From Octopus vulgaris (Eukaryota): a stretch of DNA of 64,000 bases. Below, in pieces: positions 45,434 through 58,711 of the stretch. The notes beneath the pieces are model-generated. The model was not told the DNA's origin, did not search any database, and saw nothing but the letters and a program-made list of their open reading frames with translations. Both the position numbers and the translations under genes were made by a program. The stretch is from the NCBI GenBank assembly GCA_951406725.2, contig OX597831.1, positions 11,470,001-11,534,000 on the forward strand, given 5' to 3'. Position 1 is the first letter of the stretch. Each line of letters starts with the position of its first letter.

Positions 45434-46019
45434 TCTCTCTCTCTAATCCCATCGATGTTATTTGCGATTATAAATCTATCGGGAAATACAATAAAATAAA
45501 ATATTAATAAGGATTTCTCACATTAATACAGGTCAGAAATAATTTGAAGTGGAAGGTGGGGGGATGAGGAGATGGAGGAGGAAGAAGAGGAGGAGTATAT
45601 ATAGCGGCGATGGCGGAGGCGGTGAAGACGGTGAAAACGGCGGCGGTATTGCTGCTGCTGATGTTGCTGAGAGCAACGATGTGGGTAGAGAAGGAGACGT
45701 AAGGGGAGAGGAATGGGGGGACGGGGGTCATTAGTGAGTAAAACGACCCAATTATATTACTGGTATTTATTTTAATGGCCGTCATTAACGTCTTTGTTGC
45801 CAAGTAATTAAATTTTGAAATATAGAAGGACGTAATTTAATGATTTCTAATTATGCAAAGCGGGGGGTGGGGGCGGAGCGAACAATCGATTAAGTCAATC
45901 GGATCAATCCTAATATTTGATTGGTTGTTTTACCGAGATCGAACGGTTGAAATGAAGCTTCGACCTGTGCCGGATTGGAACCCAAAACATCAAAGAATCT
46001 ATCTATTTTTTTTTCAATG

Positions 46020-46369
46020 AAGTAAGAAGCTTGCTTCCGAACCACATGGTGCCGGGTTCAGTCCCGCTGCGTGGAAACTTAGGCAAGTGACTTCTATAAT
46101 AAACTTACGGCGAAAGCCTTGGGGGTAGAATTGGTAGATGGAAACAGGAAGAAGCCCGTCGTGACTGTGTGTGTGTTTTTGTCTCCCTCCTCTGAGTGAC
46201 AACTGGTGTCGGTGTGTTTACGTCCCTGTAACTTAGCGGTTCGGTAAAAGCGCACGATAGAATAAGTAACCTGGTAAAACAAAGTACTGGGGTCGATTCA
46301 TTTGGTTAAAAATTCTCCGAGGCGGTGCTCCAGCATGGGCCCAGACCAATGGCTGAAACAAGTAAAAGG
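46020..46369 (+). mobile_element. SINE family A, diverged
   Basis: Sequence match. Confidence 0.8.
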
Positions 46370-46659
46370 AAATTGCTTTGGATGGCATTATCATGAATTT
46401 TATTCAAAAATAGGGTCCTTCCTTTATAAAAGAAATTCGACGTAGGCACCAGCATGGCCGTGAGGTTAAAAAGCTCGCTTCGCAATCGCGTGGTTTCTGG
46501 TTCAATCGAACTGCGCAGCAAATTCAGCAAGTGCTTTTAATCATAACCCCGGGCCCATCGTTGCGCCGTGGCCCAATATTGGAGATGGAAACTACGTATA
46601 GATGCATTTATATATATGGCCGCAGTCTAATGACTGAAACAGGGAAAAGATTATGTTTA

Positions 46660-46835
46660 TGGTCCATTCAAGTAGTGAGTTGTATCCATGTATGGGTGGC
46701 TTATTTGGTATTCCTTGGAGAAATTTGTCCAGATACCGTTTAAAGGTGATGGGATCCTTTTCCTTTTTGATCAGTTTTGGGACAATGTTAAACAGGGCAG
46801 GGCCTGTTGAGGAAAAGAAATTGTGTCGCAGTGTA
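46660..46835 (-). mobile_element. CR1-like LINE ORF2 C-terminal fragment
   Basis: TLRHNFFSSTGPALFNIVPKLIK..FKRYLDKFLQGIPNKP..GYNSLLEW. Confidence 0.8.
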
Positions 46836-47257
46836 CCTGTATGTATGTATGTATATATGTAAACCTCATACGTATTCACAAACACCTGTGCGGGCGGACG
46901 CATAAACACATATACACACACAAACACACTCCATATGTATAAACAATTTTTTGGTGGGTGGTGGCACCTGACCAGATTAAGTGACAAGATTGAGGTTGAT
47001 CTGCACAATGGTAAATGGTGTTTCTCCAAGAAGGAAAGCAGCGATTCCAAGAAGGAATCTCATCGCTAGACAGCCATCTTTTTTAGCCGTCAGCCTTATC
47101 AGGCACATTCTTGAAATGTATGCGTGCATTTGTACATACAAATATACATGTCTACCCACGTATAGATACATATATATATATATATATATTTATTTATAGA
47201 TAGATAGATAGATAGATAGGTAGATAGATAGGTAGATAGATAGATAGATAGATAGAT

Positions 47258-47299
<42 letters not shown>

Positions 47300-47307
47300 T
47301 TAGGTAG

Positions 47308-47339
<32 letters not shown>

Positions 47340-47365
47340 TGACACATATACACACATGTATACTT

Positions 47366-47400
<35 letters not shown>

Positions 47401-47576
47401 CAAATATATATATATATACACATGTATATACATATGCTAATGTATGTCTTCTTAGAATTTCTTATAATGAATTCCAGTGTTTATATGACTAATAAACTCT
47501 TAAACTCTTGTTACCCGCATACATCAGACACACAGACACTCCCCCACCAATACATCATTCTACATTTACATATACA

Positions 47577-47651
<75 letters not shown>

Positions 47652-47969
47652 GTATGTATGTATATATACGTTTCTTTGCATGTTATTTGCACATATTTCC
47701 ATCTATTATCACACATTTGCATATATATATGTGTGTGTATATACATATATACATATGTACGCATATCCCAATGTAAATAATACCTATTATAATAACAAAT
47801 TGTTTGCTATTCTTTCCCTGACAATACAATTAATGGGGCGCTTATTTGCTATCTACCAATATAAACTCATTCATTTTGATCGAGTGAATGTTTAAGAAAT
47901 AAACAAATTTGTTTCTTATATCTGTGATATTCGTTTTTTTTCTTTTCTTCTTTTCGTTATCACGCGCTA

Positions 47970-48480
47970 AGTACGTCCAGCTGGAGTACACAGTGAATAT
48001 TCACCGAGACATGGATGCTGAAATTTTGGGAAGAACAAGGACAAGATGAAGGGAGTTTGCCCCGATAAAAAAGATATGCTCAGAGCAAAGCTAGACAAGA
48101 GCCTGTGGGTCGGGTTCTTTGATGGCGCTGTCCTTCCATTGCTCTTAAACACAAATGAAACGTGGGCTATTTATTACAGAGAGAAATAACATCGACAGAG
48201 ATGGCCACGGAAAGATCTATGCTTAGAATTTCCTTACGATAGAATATCCGAAACGAAGTAATTTGAGACGTGGTCGCAGAATACCGGAAGCACAAGTTCC
48301 GCTGCACCGGACATGGCGTAAGTTTTACGGCAAACATTTCGACTCATACAGTTGCTGAACAATATCCGAAAGATCAGGAAAACCCCACTCGGAATGCCTC
48401 CATTACGATGGGAAGACGATTTGGCCAAACGAATTGGACCAAAATGGAAAAAGAATAGCGCAGTGAAGCTAGAACAAGAA
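47970..48480 (+). mobile_element. RTE-clade LINE, decayed RT C-terminal region
   Basis: Across frameshifts: AVLPLLLNTNETWA, EMATERSMLRISL..IRNEVI, KFRCTGH, PLGMPPLRWEDD. Confidence 0.85.
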
Positions 48481-48645
48481 GCGCATTGTGACAAGTAGTG
48501 TATAACAATATCCGACAGTTTGGTCAATGCAGTGATTACGAGAGTATGCAGTAGTTTTGACCATCATACTTTCTATTTGCTTTTTTTTTTATTCTTATAT
48601 TCCTATATTCCTTAATTCTTTACTGGTTTCAGTGATGGAGCTACT

Positions 48646-49023
48646 TGTGGAGGCGCAATGGCCCAGTGGTTAAGGCAGCGGACTCGCGGTTTCGATTCCC
48701 AGACCGGGCGTTGTGAGTGTTTATTGAGCGAAAACACCCAAAGCTCCACGAGGCTCTGGCAGGGGATGGTGGTGATCCCTGCTGTACTCTTTCACCACAA
48801 CTTTCTCTCACTCTTACTTCCTGTTTCTGTTGTACCTGTATTTCAAAGGGCCGGCCTTGTCACTCTCTGTGTCACGCTGAATATCCCCGAGAACTACGTT
48901 AAGGGTGCACGTGTCTGTGGAGTGCTCAGCCTCAGCCAATTACACGTTAATTTCACAAGCAGGCTGTTCCGTTGATTCGGATCAACCGGAACCCTCGTCG
49001 TCGTAACCGACGGAGTGCTTCCA
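48646..49023 (+). mobile_element. SINE family C with 13-bp TSD TGATGGAGCTACT
   Basis: TSD at 48633-48645 and 49024-49036. Confidence 0.92.
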
Positions 49024-49360
49024 TGATGGAGCTACTGCATGACTGTAATATTAAAGAACAAATGACTCTGCATGGATTTTGAGGAATTTATTCAAAGGAG
49101 CCGATTCCACTGTTGTTTTTGTATTAATGTTGGTATGTGTTGTTATATCGTTGTTGTTTTTGTAGATTTGTGCGTGTGTGTGCTTGTATGTATGTGTGTA
49201 TGTATGTGCGTGTAAGTGTGTGTGTATGTGTGTGTGCTTGTGTGTACATGGGTATTATGTGTGTGTATGTGTGTGTTTATGTGTCTGTATGTGTGTATGT
49301 GTGTATATGTGTATGTGTGTGCTTGTGTGTGTATGTATGTGGGTGTGTGTATGTGTTTGT

Positions 49361-49680
49361 GAAGGCGCGTGGTTTAGTGGTTAGGGCATTCGGCTCATGA
49401 TCGTAAGGTCGTGAGTTCAATTCCCGGCGATGCATTGTGTCCTTGAGCAAGACACTTTATTTCACGTTGCTCCAGTCCACTCAGCTGGCAAAAATGAGGA
49501 GTACCTGTAATTCAAGACGGCCAGCCTTGTCACATTCTGTGTCACTCTGAATCTCCCTGAGAACAATATGAAGGGGTATACGTGTCTGCGGAGCGCTCAG
49601 CCACTTGCCCCGTTAAGTTCACAAGCAAGCTGTTCCGTTGATCGGATCAACTGGAAACCTCGTCGTCGTAACCGACGGAG
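49361..49680 (+). mobile_element. SINE C' (different tRNA head and CORE-like body, same 3' half as family C)
   Basis: GAGTTCAATTCCC B box, GTGTCCTTGAGCAAGACACTT, then the family C tail from about 49500. Confidence 0.85.
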
Positions 49681-49713
49681 GAACATTTGTGTGTGTGTGC
49701 CTTTATGTTTGTC

Positions 49714-49755
<42 letters not shown>

Positions 49756-50570
49756 CACATGTATATATGTATGTATGCATGTATGTGTGTATGTACGTGT
49801 GTATGTGTGTATGTGTGTATGTATGTATGTATATATGCATGTATGTATGTGTGTGTGTATGTATGTATGTATGTATGTATGAATGTATGTGTGTATGTAC
49901 GTGTGTATGTGTGTATGTATGTGTGTATGTATGTATGTGTGTGTGTATGTGTGTATGTATGTATGCATGCATGTAAGTATGTATGTGTGTGTATGTATGC
50001 ATGTTTGTATGTATGCGTGTGTGTGTGTATGTATGCTTTTAGACAGATTGAAGTATCGTGAGAAACGAAAGATAAAACGTCTGTAAATGGGAGAGAGAGA
50101 GAGAGAGAGAAGTGTAGGAAAGAAACAAGTGTGTGTGAAAGACAGAGAGAAGGAGAGAAGGAGAGGGGGAGAGAGAGAGAAGAACAGACGAACAAAGGAA
50201 GATGGCGAGAAAGACAGAATGAGAAAGGTAAGGAAAAAACAGGTAGGAGAAGAACAGACGGACAAAGGGACAGACAGACAGACAGACAGATTCAAAGAGA
50301 GTGAGGTGATAAGAGCGAGGGTGAGATTATTGCTTCTCCACCTCCTCACACCACTCCCACTGTCGGTAATACAAAGCGAAGTCAGTAAACAACTAATTAG
50401 ATCACAACATGGATGGTAGTAAAACAAAAGCTAATTAATAATTAATGGTGGTGGGGCGCTTGGCGTTGATGATGGTAATGATGATGATGGTGATGGTGAT
50501 GGTGATCGTGACAGCAGTGGTAGTGATGGTGGGTGTAACTGTGGTGGCGGTGGTAGTGGTGATGATGCTT

Positions 50571-50609
<39 letters not shown>

Positions 50610-51086
50610 GTGATGAGGATTATGATGGTGATGGTGCTCGTGGCAGCAGAGGTTGTGATGATGGTGGTGATTGTGGCGGTGGTAGTGGTGATGATGATAT
50701 TGGTGACGTTGGCCGTGGCAACTGTGGTAGCGGTATTGGTGGTGGTGGTGGTGGTGGTGGTGGTGGTGGTGGTGGTGGTGGCGGTAGTGGTGGTGGTGGT
50801 TGTGGTGGTGGTCGTGGTGGTGGTTGCGAGGTCTGTGATGTTGATGGTGATGATGATTATGATAGTTCGAGGTGTCTAGAGCGATGGTGTTGGTGGTGGT
50901 ATGTTTCTGTTATGGTGGGCATGGTTGGTCTGCTGCAGCTGGTGGAGGTGATCATGATCGTGATGGTGGTTAGTGATGGTGCTATGAGTACAACGCAGGT
51001 AGGATATTACTGGTATTGTTCACAGTGGTGGTGGTGATGGTGAAAGATTTGGGTGGTGGTGGTGATGGCTGTTATTTATTCGATAA

Positions 51087-51319
51087 AGGCGGCGAGCTGG
51101 CAGAAACGTTAGCACACCGGGCGAAATTCTTAGCGGTATTTTGTCTGCCGCTACGTTCTGAGTTCAAATTCCGCCGAGGTCGACTTTGCCTTTCATCCTT
51201 TCGGGATCGATTAAATAAGTACCTGTTACGCACTGAGGTCGATGTAATCGACTTAATCCAACTGTCTGTCCTTGTTTGTCCCCTCTGTGTTTAGCCCCTT
51301 TTGGGTAGTATAGAAATAG
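51087..51319 (+). mobile_element. SINE family B with 12-bp flanking direct repeat GTTATTTATTCG
   Basis: Direct repeats at 51071-51082 and 51320-51331. Confidence 0.9.
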
Positions 51320-51785
51320 GTTATTTATTCGTGATGATGGAGGAGGATGGAGGATGGAGGAGGGTGGAGGAGGATGGTGGTGTTGGTGTTGGTGGTGGTG
51401 GTGGTCGTCGTCGTCGTTATGGTAACGATCATTATGATGTCGATGGTTATAATGTAATAGGTGTGGTGACGATAGTGATGATAACGATGATGATGATGAC
51501 GATAATTACAATGATGATGATGATGATGATGATGACGACGATGATGACGATGATGATTATAATGATGATGATGATGATAATGATGATAATGATGATGGTG
51601 ATGATGGTGGCGATGATGATGATGATGATGATGATGATGACAACGATGATGATGATGACGATGATGATGACAATGATGATGATGATGATGATGATTATGA
51701 TGACGATGATGATGATAATGATGATAAGGATGATGACGATGAAGATGATGATGACAACGATGATGATGTTGACGATGATGATGAC

Positions 51786-51816
<31 letters not shown>

Positions 51817-52184
51817 GGGAAATAATTGCTTCATAACCAAGACACATGACTCCCACAAGGCTGGGTGAAGCTACAATCGTTTGAATCTTCCATTGTATTT
51901 GGTTGGTGACTTATTTTATTCAAAAATCTATTTTACCGTTTAGTAAGGAAAGGAAAGGAAAAGCCGTTGACTACTTTTTTTCTTCTTTCTTTCTTTCTAT
52001 CTTACTTTATTTCTTTCTTTTGAGAGCCTCTGAGACTTGTTAGGGAAAAATGTTATTCTCAAACCAGAAACCGTGTCGGAATGCTTTAGACAGAAGTAAA
52101 TCCACCAGAGGGGGCCTAATGATCAGGTGATGGTGGTGACGACGGGGTTGCTAAAAAGGTGAGAGATTAAGTCTATTTGTCCTG

Positions 52185-52830
52185 AAGAACTCAGAACGTG
52201 AAGTGCCGCCGGAACAAATACCGCAAGACATCTTATCTATGTTTCTTACAATTCCGCCAGTTCAATCATCCTGGATTGGCTCCCTATTTCATCGACCCCG
52301 AAAGGATAAAATGTAAGAGTTGACATTAGCGAGAATTGAACTCAGAACGCAGAGACCCGCAACAAAATTCTGCAAGATAAATTTTGCTACATTTAATCAG
52401 TTTTGCCCAGATCGCCGCTTCAAGGCAAAAACTAGCATGGGCAGCATTTGAACGCAACGCGCAGGGAGCTGAAATAATAGCAGCAAAGTTTTTCATTTTA
52501 GGTTCGGATAAATTTGCTAAATCGTCGCTTAAAATCAAAAGTTGACTATGATGGGATGCGAACTTGGCGCGTAGAGAACCGCAACAAAATGCCACAGAAT
52601 AATTCTGGTTACCTTTTATCAGTGTTGTCGAATCGCTGCTGGAAGTCAAAAGTCGACGTCAGCGGAGTTTGAACTCAAAGCGTAGAGAATAGATTAGAGA
52701 AAAAAAATCTGCATATTTCTGCCGATTCACTGCTTAAGGGCAAAAGATAACAACGGTGGGATTTGAACTTAGATTGCAGGAACCAATTTTTCAATGCATT
52801 TCTGCCTTTAATCAGCTTTGCCAAATCGCT
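52185..52830 (-). repeat. Degenerate tandem array of about six family B-like SINE heads, period about 110 bp
   Basis: Reverse B-box GAAC(T) motifs at 52187, 52338, 52450, 52560, 52671 and 52765. Confidence 0.65.
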
Positions 52831-53363
52831 GATTGAAATTGTCGCAGGAATATGCAGCAACTGAAAAATCGAACCCGGATCACTATATCCAATGCAAGAA
52901 AAAATATAAATAAAAATACATTATAAGAACACGATCGTGACTCACTAAACTATTACCAACGCATCAAAAAGTTTGACCTTTCAAGACTTTGTATGAAACC
53001 GGATCTAACAGCAATTTCATTTTTGGCGAGCTTTTTATGGCATCACTATATATTCACTAAGCCATCAGAATATATTCAGCGCATTTTAGCCAGTAGGGAC
53101 AGACAGTGGACGGCATATATCAGAACGGGACCCAGAATATGGCCATCATCCGACAGGAGCAGAACCAGTAGCAGGCCAGAGCGCTGCCACAACACAAAAA
53201 ACAGTGGATGGCAGCAACTCACTAGAACCAGCTAACACCAAGAAAATCACGACCGCCAATGCTAACATACTTTGTCCAAGAACAACAAGCTGCGACGAAT
53301 ATCAGTGTTTTCCGTTGGTAGCAACGACAGCGTTTTTTGTTTGCGATAAAAATGAATATTACG

Positions 53364-53671
53364 GAGATGTACTTGCATAGCAAGTGACTTGATCTGAGAT
53401 CGTGTGCTGGAACGAAAACAATTGCAGCGTGGAAGGTGTTTATAAGCCATTTAAGAAACACACAAAAACCGTTAGATTCATTTCAACATTTAAATTTAAT
53501 TTGCCAAAATATTTTCGTCGGTTTGAGACCGCGACCTCTTCACTGACAAAACTTCGTGCTGCACGAAGGAAAGGAATTAATTTTGACAAATTAAATTTAA
53601 AAGTTGAAGTGAATCTAACGGTTTTTGTGTGTTTCTTAAATGGCTTATAAACACCTTCCACACTGCAATTG
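53364..53671 (-). mobile_element. Hammerhead-bearing element (motif at 53500-53550, minus strand) with an inverted partial copy
   Basis: Homologous to 61463-61660; about 92-bp inverted arms at 53419-53510 and 53580-53671. Confidence 0.75.
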
Positions 53672-55260
53672 CTTAAAAATAAATAGATTTGTGCTTTCTT
53701 TATCGTAGCAAAGTCAAAAGTTGACGGTGGTGAGACTCGAACTTCGAGAGCCGCAGCAAATTCCACAAGCCATTTGCAACCGTATGTTCTATCAACTTTG
53801 CCAATTCACCGACGAGAGGAAGAAGTTGGCATGGACAGATTTAGTGTGTGAGAGGATGGCAGCAGCGACAGCGGTGGTGATGGAGGTGATGGTGATGATG
53901 GTGGTGGGCGGTTTGGCCGTGTGGTTACTTTGCTCTGAATAGCTTGAAAAGACGCTCATTAACACATCCATTAGCAAACAACCGACCTACCTAATCAGAA
54001 CTATCAGACGACAAAACGAAGAAGCAGAGAAACAGAGAAACAGCGATAGCCTTCAAAGGAGGGGTAAAATGTGATATGATTGTCTGTATGACCTTTGTTT
54101 GTTGTGTGAGAGCAAAAAAAAAAAATCGATTTGTAAGTGTGATCATTACCAAATTGCACTGGACATCAATAGGAGTGCAGCTTTTGCTCATATTTGATCA
54201 GGATAAATGCATAGAAGAAAGAAAAAAAATCCGACGCTATTGTACACCCGCGAGACGTTTGTACGACTGATATTGGCAACGGCTTGTCGAGGTGTCATCA
54301 GCATATAATAAAGCCTTTTCTTCTCACATGGAGAAAAGCAAGTGTAGCGTTGTACATTTATTTCTATCTACGAGACTTCACTTCATCGTATTTATATATT
54401 TATGTTATATACAGCGATGTGTTATAAGCATTAGAAATGGCGGTGAATTTGGTAAAGTGAACAGAACGGCGGGAAAAAATGGTGGAATGTGTAGTATTTA
54501 GTTTCCTCTAAAATGTGTCATTCCTTTTTGTTATTTTGTTGTTTTTTTAAAGATAGTTGAAAGAGATTTGACTGCTATTTCTAATACTGCAGATGACTAC
54601 TTAGTTACACATTCGCGCGCTCTCTTTAACAGTCCATGTTGACACCGTTTGTTAGCGTTGGTTATAAGATTGTTTCACCCCTAAGTGAGGCTCGACGGAG
54701 CAGATCTTTGGCAAAATGTGGTCTAACGGTGACCATCACCTCTTTATGTATAATTAGAACTACATTTTCTATGTCAGTTTTTTAAAGAAACAGATTCTGT
54801 ATCTCAATTCTGCATTCTTAAACACTTTCTCAATTCGATTTCCTGCCAAAGCCGGCTTTAGCTTCCACCCACCAGGGTCGATAAAATAAATACCTGTTAT
54901 ATACGGGTTTGATTTAATGATTCTATCCCCCCCCTCCCCTGGAGTCATTCTAACCCGTGCTACACTTCAAATTACATACATCAATTTATCATAAACACCA
55001 AAATGGCATTGAACTGGTAGAATCAGTGGGTCATGCGAACAATTTCGTGAACGGACTGTATTTAGTTACATATCTTTACGCTGTGAGCGCACAGTACGTC
55101 TTTTGTTTGCCCATCGTTTTGCAATAAGTACAAGACTTAAGGCATGTACAGGGTTCGATTTGTTTGTGTAATTCACTGAAGAAGGCGGTGCTCCAGTATG
55201 GCCGCAGTCCCATGACTGAAGCAAGTAGAAGAATAAAAGAGTATATATATATATATATAT

Positions 55261-55433
55261 ACTGCTGTGTCTGGGGAGAGTCATTTTCTTTTTGTACCTT
55301 ATTATGTAACACACTCACCGGTAAAATTTCCACTTTTTTTCTTACTTTTTATTTTCCTAAAATTTTCGTTGCGTCTTGCAACCCTTTCAATAGTCTTGAC
55401 TCTGTCCGCTGCACACCAAATCCAAAAACGAAA
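55261..55433 (-). mobile_element. (TA)n-flanked short element with a U3-A8 hammerhead variant at 55357-55393
   Basis: Minus strand: CTA-TTGAAAG-G-GTTGC-aagac-GCAAC-GAAA-AT-TT-TAG. Confidence 0.6.
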
Positions 55434-56302
55434 TATATATATATATATATCGGAGTATATAGTCAGAGAAATGCTATGAGTGAAGATACGTAGCCAGCTC
55501 CATTTAGATCTACACCGGATGTGTGTGCGTATGTAAGGGAGGGAGAGGTGGAGTGAGAAAGAGAAAGAGAGGGAGAAAGAAGGAGAGATAGGCGGAGTAG
55601 AAAAGCGGGTGTTGGCTGTTTAGCAACAAACAGTTATTGACCCTGATACGAGAATTAAAAAATTCGAAGCGGTCACTCATATAACGATCACCATTTTTTC
55701 TTTTTCTCTTTTTTTTACTGCGAAAATTGAAGTCACCGGAGGGAAAATGTCGCAATTCATTGAAACGACGAAAATAATATATTATGTAATTAAACAATGT
55801 TTTAAGTGGCTAATTAACTGATAAAATATTTTTAATTCATTAAATAGCGAAAATTATAGTTAAAAGTAATTAAGTAAACGATATTTTAAGTCGATTATTA
55901 ACTGAAGGTGGGTGGCAAGCTGGCAGAATCGTTAGCACACCAGACGAAATGCTTAGTGGCATGTCCTCCAGCTTCACGTTATGAGTTCGAATCCCGCCGA
56001 GTCTACTTTGTCTTTCATCCTTTCAGGATGAACAAAGTTGAGTATTGGTGTCAATGCAATCAACTAAACCCGTCCAGAGAATTTCAAGCCTTATGCAAAG
56101 AATTATTAATTGCTTGCACGTCGAACAAAATGCTTAGCGTTATTTCGTTCGGCTTAATGTTGTGACTTGAAATGCACCGATGTCGATTTTGCTTTTCATC
56201 ATTTCAGGGCCGATAGAATAAGTACCAGTTTAATATTGAGGTTGATGCAATCGACTAGCCTAAGACCACAAAACTTCAGACCTTGTATCCATCTTAAGAC
56301 AT

Positions 56303-56470
56303 TACTATTATTATCATTATTGAGCGAGAGAGTAGCGCAGGTCACCAAGGCAACGCTGATTACAAACATACAAAGCCCAGTAAACCCATCATGAGAACGT
56401 GTCTGATAAGGGTACACCAGGCACATGCATCACAACCATATGCGCCCGACATGGTGTTCTCTTATCAAGA
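56303..56470 (-). mobile_element. Repeat family D, 3' fragment
   Basis: Homology to about 20190-20350; ends in (AAT)n. Confidence 0.65.
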
Positions 56471-57281
56471 CCCCTAATTAGTCCATCGATCTTCTAGAAG
56501 TAGCAATCAAATCTTTCTGAAATTACACTTAGAGGCAAAAAAGGAAGTGCACATTAGATAATGTAGTCCTTGATACACCTACAACACGGTGAGGTTACCG
56601 CCATCTTGTAGTTTTTACTTGCTTCAATCATTAGACTGCGGCTATGCTGGGGCACCACCTTGAAGAATTTTAGTCGAATTAATTGACTCCAGTATGCTTT
56701 TAAAACCCGGTACTTATTCTATCGGTCTTTTTTGTCGAACCGCTATATTACAAGAACGTAAAAGACAAACACTGATTATCAAACGGTGGTGGAGGGGTAC
56801 ACACACACACACATATACATATACACGACGGGCTTCCACGCAAGTGAGAGTGCAAGCGTGTGTTCGTTCACCTTGGAGTATAAATGATTTAGTGCGCAAG
56901 GCTGGCTTCCTTTCACACTGTCTCTCGTTGGTTCGGCAAACGACAAAAATGGCGGACATCAATGGAAACGAAAAGTGTCGCGTTTTACACCAACGCTTCT
57001 TAATGTTGGCCGACATTTAATTTCCTCTCATCTCTTTGTCTCTTTTGTGTCTGTCTGTCACCCTGTCTCCCTGTCTCTCTCTCTCTATGTCTTTATGTCA
57101 TTATGTCTCTCTTTCTATCCCCCCCCTCTCTCATTCTCTCTTGTTCGCCCTCAAATTCTCTGCTATAAGCTAACTGTTCTAAAGACCAAGCTCTTCACAC
57201 TACAAGCTCTTAACATAACGCCACCACTACTACCACGACTACTACTACCACTACTACTACTACTACCACCACTACTACTAT

Positions 57282-57323
<42 letters not shown>

Positions 57324-57482
57324 ACAACCACTACTACTACTTCTAACAGTACTACTACCACTACTACTACTACTAAAACTACTGCTACTACTATTACTAC
57401 TACTACTACTACTACTACTGCTACTACTATTACTACTACTACTGCTGCTACTACTACTGCTACAACTACACTACTCCTACTC

Positions 57483-57524
<42 letters not shown>

Positions 57525-57913
57525 ATTCCATTTATGGTTCTTTGGGGCATTCTGTGTGTGCCAGTCATTCACGTAAAGAAGTTCCCTGTTTTAAAAAGTC
57601 GAAAACCTTCAGCAAATCTACATTGATAAAGGTTTTGGTGGTATTGATTCTTACATTTCCCCACCACAGAGCTGAAACCCGTTGATAATACCTCCTCCCC
57701 CTCCCCCACACACACCACCATATTGTTACTCTGGTGTGATATTCACAGATATTGACCGAAGCAATGTTTTGAGCCCGGCCTTGGTCAAAATCTTAATAAT
57801 GACCAGAAAGGATAAGTGCACCCAAACTCATAAAAGAGACAATCAGAAAGTTAGGGGTTTCGACACAAAGAGCTGCTAGTTTTCTCATCTTTTCACATCT
57901 TTCATACTAGCAC

Positions 57914-58002
<89 letters not shown>

Positions 58003-58005
58003 GCA

Positions 58006-58080
<75 letters not shown>

Positions 58081-58644
58081 GTATTTCTTTCACTTATTCT
58101 CTCTTATTTTCTCGCTGGCGTGGCCGACTAGCCTAAAAGACATCAACCCCTTTTTCATAATAACCTTCCACTTTAGATCGCCCTGTTTTAAAGTAGTCTA
58201 ACTCAATATTTCTCAACCATTTTTTATCTATGGACCCCCTTGATTCCTATTATACCCAGACGGACCCTCAGGGCCAATGTTTAAAATATCCTATTATAAA
58301 ATATAACGTGTCTTGAATGGCCCAATAATGCAGAGTGGACTATAATAGATGTTATAATTTAACTATCCGTAGTCTGATATAACAATATTTCGGAATATAA
58401 AAATTATTTCTTCAGATATCCCTAGGAATTGATCGAGTCACTGCTATAATCGGTTTTCTAACGGTTACTGAAATTTTTTTTCGAAAGCGTCTCTGCAGTG
58501 GTCTCACGAAGCTCCTTCCAGAATTCCTCATGAGAAGTGCATGAGGGCGGCCATGTCTTAAGCTCGTGTGTGTTGGCACATCCGCAGCGCAGCCTCCAAG
58601 TTATGTATTATACGTGAAGTTTCTTTTTTTTTTTGTTATATAAT

Positions 58645-58707
<63 letters not shown>

Positions 58708-58711
58708 TATG

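Noticed and set aside
52993-53235. 80-aa non-repetitive ORF
   Set aside because: No recognisable motif; lies between decayed repeats.
58203-58330. hAT-like TIR start (CAATATTTCTCAACC)
   Set aside because: I found no convincing partner TIR or 8-bp TSD.
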